A DNA stretch of 64,000 nt. Origin: an uncultured delta proteobacterium. Lineage in GTDB: Bacteria > Desulfobacterota > Binatia > UBA9968. Under the pieces are notes generated by a model. It was not told the origin of the DNA, made no database searches, and worked only from the letters and a program-made list of their open reading frames with translations. The translations under genes and the position numbers were made by a program. Below are positions 60,242 to 64,000 of the stretch, in pieces; within the stretch, counting starts at the first letter, position 1, and every line of letters begins with the position of its first letter. The stretch covers positions 928,001 to 992,000 of the forward strand of contig CAVUVW010000014.1 of NCBI GenBank assembly GCA_963745035.1, read 5' to 3'.

Positions 60242-62713
60242 GTGGACCAAGCTAGCCAGCCTCCCGGACGAGTGAAGCGCTTCCTGCAGCGCCTCTTAAG
60301 CTATTTTCGCGTCGCGGCCGATGCGGCTCTGACGCCGCGGGCGAGAGTGATCTCGGGAGCGAAGGGGTTGGGAGTCCTGGCCGCGCTCGGGCTCGCGCTG
60401 TTGTGCCTCTACACTCTTGTCTTGATCCCGTTCACGCCGAGCATCGACGACCTCCGCAAGGCGAAAATCGATCAGCCGAGCGTGCTCGTGTCGGCGGACG
60501 GCAGGCGCTTGGCCAGCTTCAAGCCGATGAACCGCGATTGGGTCCGGCTCAACCAGGTCTCGCCGCACGTGATCAACGCGCTGATCGCGACCGAAGACCA
60601 CCGGTTTTACGAGCACTACGGCATCGATCTGTGGCGCACCGCGGGCGGCTTGTTGCGCGTCTTCATCGCCGATCCCGAGGGCGGCTCCACCTTGACCCAG
60701 CAGCTCGCGCGTAATTTGTACCCTGAGCAAATTGGCCGTCGGCGGACGATCACGCGCAAGATCAAAGAGACGATCACCGCGATCAAAATCGAATACGCCT
60801 ACACAAAGAGGGAAATCCTCGAAACCTATCTCAACAGCATGCCGTTCTTGTACAACGCCTTCGGCATCGAAATGGCGGCGCGCACGTACTTCGACAAGCC
60901 GGCGAGCAAGCTCACCGTCCTGGAAAGCGCCACATTGATCGCGATGTTGAAAGGCACGAGCTACTACAATCCGGTGCTCAATCCCGAGCGCGCGCTGCGG
61001 CGGCGCAACGTGGTGCTGGCGCAGATGGTCAAGCGCGGCGTGCTGCGCCAGGCGGAGCTCGAGCGGCTGAAGAGCCAGCCCATCCGTCTCGACTTCGAGC
61101 GCCAGCAGGAAGCGTTCGGGCCGGCGCCGCACCTGGCCGTGCATATCCGCAAGTGGCTCATCGACTGGGCCGACCGCAAAGACCTCAACATTTATTCCGA
61201 CGGCTTGATCGTGCACACGACCATCGACGCGCGCTTGCAGGCGGTGGCCAATCAAGCCGTGCAACGGCAGATGGAAGCCTTGCAGGCGGTCGCCGACGTG
61301 GAGTGGGCGACGAGCTCCGACCGGCTGCTCTCGGCCAACACGAGCGCGTATGTCGATCAGCGCCGGCGCGTGCAGCCCTTCGGCTATTTCTGGAAAACCA
61401 AGACTGGCTTGGTCGATTCGTTCATTCGAGAGTCGCCGGCTTACCGGACCGCGGTCGATCGCGGAGCGACGCCCGAAGCGGCGCTGGCGGAGCTGAAAGG
61501 CAATAAAGAATTCATCGCCAAGCTGCGCGCCGAGAAAACCCGACTGCAGGCGGGCTTTGTCGCCATCGACCCGGGAACGGGCCATGTCAAAGCGTGGGTC
61601 GGCAGCCGCGACTTCAAGACCGATCAATTCGATCACGTGGCGCAGGCCAGGCGCCAGCCCGGCTCGACGTTCAAGCCGTTTGTTTACGGCGCCGCCCTCG
61701 AGCAAGGAATGCCGCCCGACAAGCGCTTCATCGATCGCGAAGTGGAAATTCCCTTGCCCGACGGCACGGTGTGGCGCCCGTCCGACTCATCGCCTCCGAC
61801 CGGCCAGCCGATGACCGCGCGCGAGGGACTCATTTATTCGAAGAACACGATCACGGCTCAGGTCATGCGAGAGGTCGGGCCGCGCAAGACCGCCGAGCTG
61901 GCGCGCAGCATGGGAGTGAACCAGAGCAAGCTCGACGAAGTGCCTTCGCTGGCGCTCGGCACCAGTCCGGTCACGCCGCTGGAAATGGTCGCCGCCTATG
62001 CCACGCTGGCCGCGGGCGGCGTCTACCGCCAGCCCATCTTCGTGACCCGCGTCACGGATAAATGGGGCAACGTGCTGGCGGACTTCCAAAGCGAGCCGAA
62101 GGGCGTCGTCTCCGACAAGACCGTGGGGAACTTGATCAACATCCTGCGCGACGCGGTCGATCTGGGCACCGGACAAGCGATTCGAGGGCGTTTCGGCGTG
62201 CGCGCCGACGTTGCCGGAAAAACCGGCACCACGCAAAAAAATACCGACGGCTGGTTCGTCTTGATGCATCCGCGCCTGGTCGCCGGATCGTGGGTCGGCT
62301 TCAACGACTCGCGGGTAACCATGCGCAGCAACTATTGGGGCGAGGGCAGACACAACGCCCTGCTGCTGGTCGGCGATTTTTTTCAGCAAACCATCGACGC
62401 GCGCTTGGTCGACGGCAACGCGCGTTTTCCCTATGCGCGGCCGCGCGAGCCGGTGTGGGATCCTTATATCGATACGGCTAAAGACTTCTTTGGCTCCGCC
62501 TTGGATTGGCTTTTCGGGTCGAGAGACAAGCCGTCGTCTTCGTCGCCCCCCCGGCGCGAGCTCGAGCGCGAGCCGCCGCGTGATCGGGAGGACGATCCGC
62601 AAGAGCGGCGCAGACTGGAGCGGCAGTCTGAAAAAGAGCGTCTGATGGACCGATTGCAACAGAAGCGAGAGCAGTATGAGCGGGAGCAGTTGGAAAGGGA
62701 CGTGTACAGGTAG
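60242..62713 (+). CDS. Class A penicillin-binding protein (PBP1A family)
   Basis: EDHRFY, GGSTLTQQL, GSTFK, SKN, KTGT. Confidence 0.92.
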   Translation: MDQASQPPGRVKRFLQRLLSYFRVAADAALTPRARVISGAKGLGVLAALGLALLCLYTLVLIPFTPSIDDLRKAKIDQPSVLVSADGRRLASFKPMNRDWVRLNQVSPHVINALIATEDHRFYEHYGIDLWRTAGGLLRVFIADPEGGSTLTQQLARNLYPEQIGRRRTITRKIKETITAIKIEYAYTKREILETYLNSMPFLYNAFGIEMAARTYFDKPASKLTVLESATLIAMLKGTSYYNPVLNPERALRRRNVVLAQMVKRGVLRQAELERLKSQPIRLDFERQQEAFGPAPHLAVHIRKWLIDWADRKDLNIYSDGLIVHTTIDARLQAVANQAVQRQMEALQAVADVEWATSSDRLLSANTSAYVDQRRRVQPFGYFWKTKTGLVDSFIRESPAYRTAVDRGATPEAALAELKGNKEFIAKLRAEKTRLQAGFVAIDPGTGHVKAWVGSRDFKTDQFDHVAQARRQPGSTFKPFVYGAALEQGMPPDKRFIDREVEIPLPDGTVWRPSDSSPPTGQPMTAREGLIYSKNTITAQVMREVGPRKTAELARSMGVNQSKLDEVPSLALGTSPVTPLEMVAAYATLAAGGVYRQPIFVTRVTDKWGNVLADFQSEPKGVVSDKTVGNLINILRDAVDLGTGQAIRGRFGVRADVAGKTGTTQKNTDGWFVLMHPRLVAGSWVGFNDSRVTMRSNYWGEGRHNALLLVGDFFQQTIDARLVDGNARFPYARPREPVWDPYIDTAKDFFGSALDWLFGSRDKPSSSSPPRRELEREPPRDREDDPQERRRLERQSEKERLMDRLQQKREQYEREQLERDVYR

Positions 62714-62897
62714 CGCGACGAGAATTATCTTCGGCTAAGCGCGGCGTTCGATCACAGGGTCAGTTTGCTTGTTGCAGAATAAGAAAGATTTCTCCCTTTG
62801 GTCGAAATGACAAGGCCAACTTGCGCGACATACTTCGATCATTCGCTCGATGGACTTCGGCATATAAGACCGGCGCGTCTATCGGCAGCATGTCGTG

Positions 62898-63863
62898 TCA
62901 AAGGCCTTTGGCTGCCTCACGGACGACTGAAGTGTCGATCAACGCGCCTGGGGCGATGTTCTTGGCCTCAGGACTGCTCCGCGCCAGATCTTCGAGAATC
63001 GTTTTGACTCCATCCTCCAAGGGATAGGGAACGTCGGGGATAATTTTGATTTGGTGGTCGAGGGCGGTTCTCACGGCCTCGACGTCCGTGCGCACGTACT
63101 TGGCGAGCACTTTTTCGGCAAACGGCCGGTCGGTTTTCATCCGTTTGATCGCGAGCATGGACGCCCGCATAAACTTTACCGCCACGGACCGATTCTTTTC
63201 CAAGAAGCCGCGCGTGGTGCCATGTCCGGTGAGTAAATAGGGAACTTTGAGCTCTTCCAAGTCGAGCAGGATGCGCATGCCGGCCTTTTTCACCACGGGT
63301 GTGATGATCGGCGAAAACACCGACAAAGAAATGTCGCCTCTTTGCATTGCCAGCAGCCTGTCACCCTCCAGGCCGATTTGAATCATCGTGACGTCGGATT
63401 TTTTAAGCCCCAGATGCTTTAACGCGTATTCGGCCACGAAGTCCGACGTCGAGCCGAAACGGCTCACGGCCAACTTTTTCCCTTTTATATCTTCCGGCTT
63501 TTGGATCTCGGGCTTGGCGCCGAGAGTGTACGCCATGACGTTCTGCAGTCTGCTGATGATGACCACGTCCTTGTTGCCCTGAAGATACGCATAAGCGGCG
63601 GCGGTGCCGCCGATGAGACCGATGGGACTCTGGCCGGTAACCAGAAGTTGGACGGCGAGGGAGCCGCCGCGAATCAATAGCATGCGCACGTCCAAGCCTT
63701 GTTCGTCGAAGTAGCCGGCGTCCTTGGCGATCCACAGGCTCAGCATGTTCGCGTTGGTGGCCGAGTAGGTCACCGGCAAGACGATTTTGTCCTGCGCGGG
63801 AGAATTTTCGTAACGAAAGAGAAGAACGACGACGGCGACAACAAACAACAAACGGTTTTTCAT
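62898..63863 (-). CDS. ABC substrate-binding protein (SsuA/THI5-like)
   Basis: Signal peptide, GLDVRM, DIKGKKLAVSRFGS. Confidence 0.88.
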   Translation of the reverse strand: MKNRLLFVVAVVVLLFRYENSPAQDKIVLPVTYSATNANMLSLWIAKDAGYFDEQGLDVRMLLIRGGSLAVQLLVTGQSPIGLIGGTAAAYAYLQGNKDVVIISRLQNVMAYTLGAKPEIQKPEDIKGKKLAVSRFGSTSDFVAEYALKHLGLKKSDVTMIQIGLEGDRLLAMQRGDISLSVFSPIITPVVKKAGMRILLDLEELKVPYLLTGHGTTRGFLEKNRSVAVKFMRASMLAIKRMKTDRPFAEKVLAKYVRTDVEAVRTALDHQIKIIPDVPYPLEDGVKTILEDLARSSPEAKNIAPGALIDTSVVREAAKGL

Positions 63864-64000
63864 ACGACTGCGCTCCTTCGCGCCGAAGATCCGGACTGGC
63901 AAAAACTAATCCGGATCGAGCTTGCGTGTCAACGCCGCGCAACCGACATTGCGCCGCCGGCGAGCAACGTCGAGATCAGCGCTTGACAGAGTTCGTTAAC

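Noticed and set aside
24322-61705. Long antisense ORFs (for example 24322-25467, 26429-27421, 40763-42142, 52308-53381, 60296-61705)
   Set aside because: Shadow frames of well-supported genes in high-GC DNA, with no motifs

Overview
High-GC bacterial chromosome segment; gene content suggests a Candidatus Binatia-like organism (inference only). Housekeeping genes (efp, coaE, grxC, carD, ispD, cysK, tsaD, rsmA, mutM, PBPs) surround a ~16.5 kb integrative element inserted in tRNA-Cys(GCA), with 37-bp att repeats at 5369-5405 and 21886-21922. The element has a satellite/IME-like core (tyrosine integrase, XRE regulator, excisionases, primase-like gene) and no recognisable virion or conjugation genes. 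The best candidate for a new system is its Tad minor-pilin cassette: tadG-like, tadE, tadE and an orphan TadE C-terminus. Three of these pilin 3' ends are coupled to unannotated 45-55 aa hydrophobic microproteins. Other notable features: an integrase whose C-terminus changes on excision, a 61-bp micro-inversion in ku, three divergent paralogs of an unknown family, a candidate sRNA, a ferredoxin-TM-HSP20-like fusion and a TIR-TM-stalk receptor-like protein. Many core genes carry single-base frameshifts, most likely long-read errors, so pseudogene calls are provisional.
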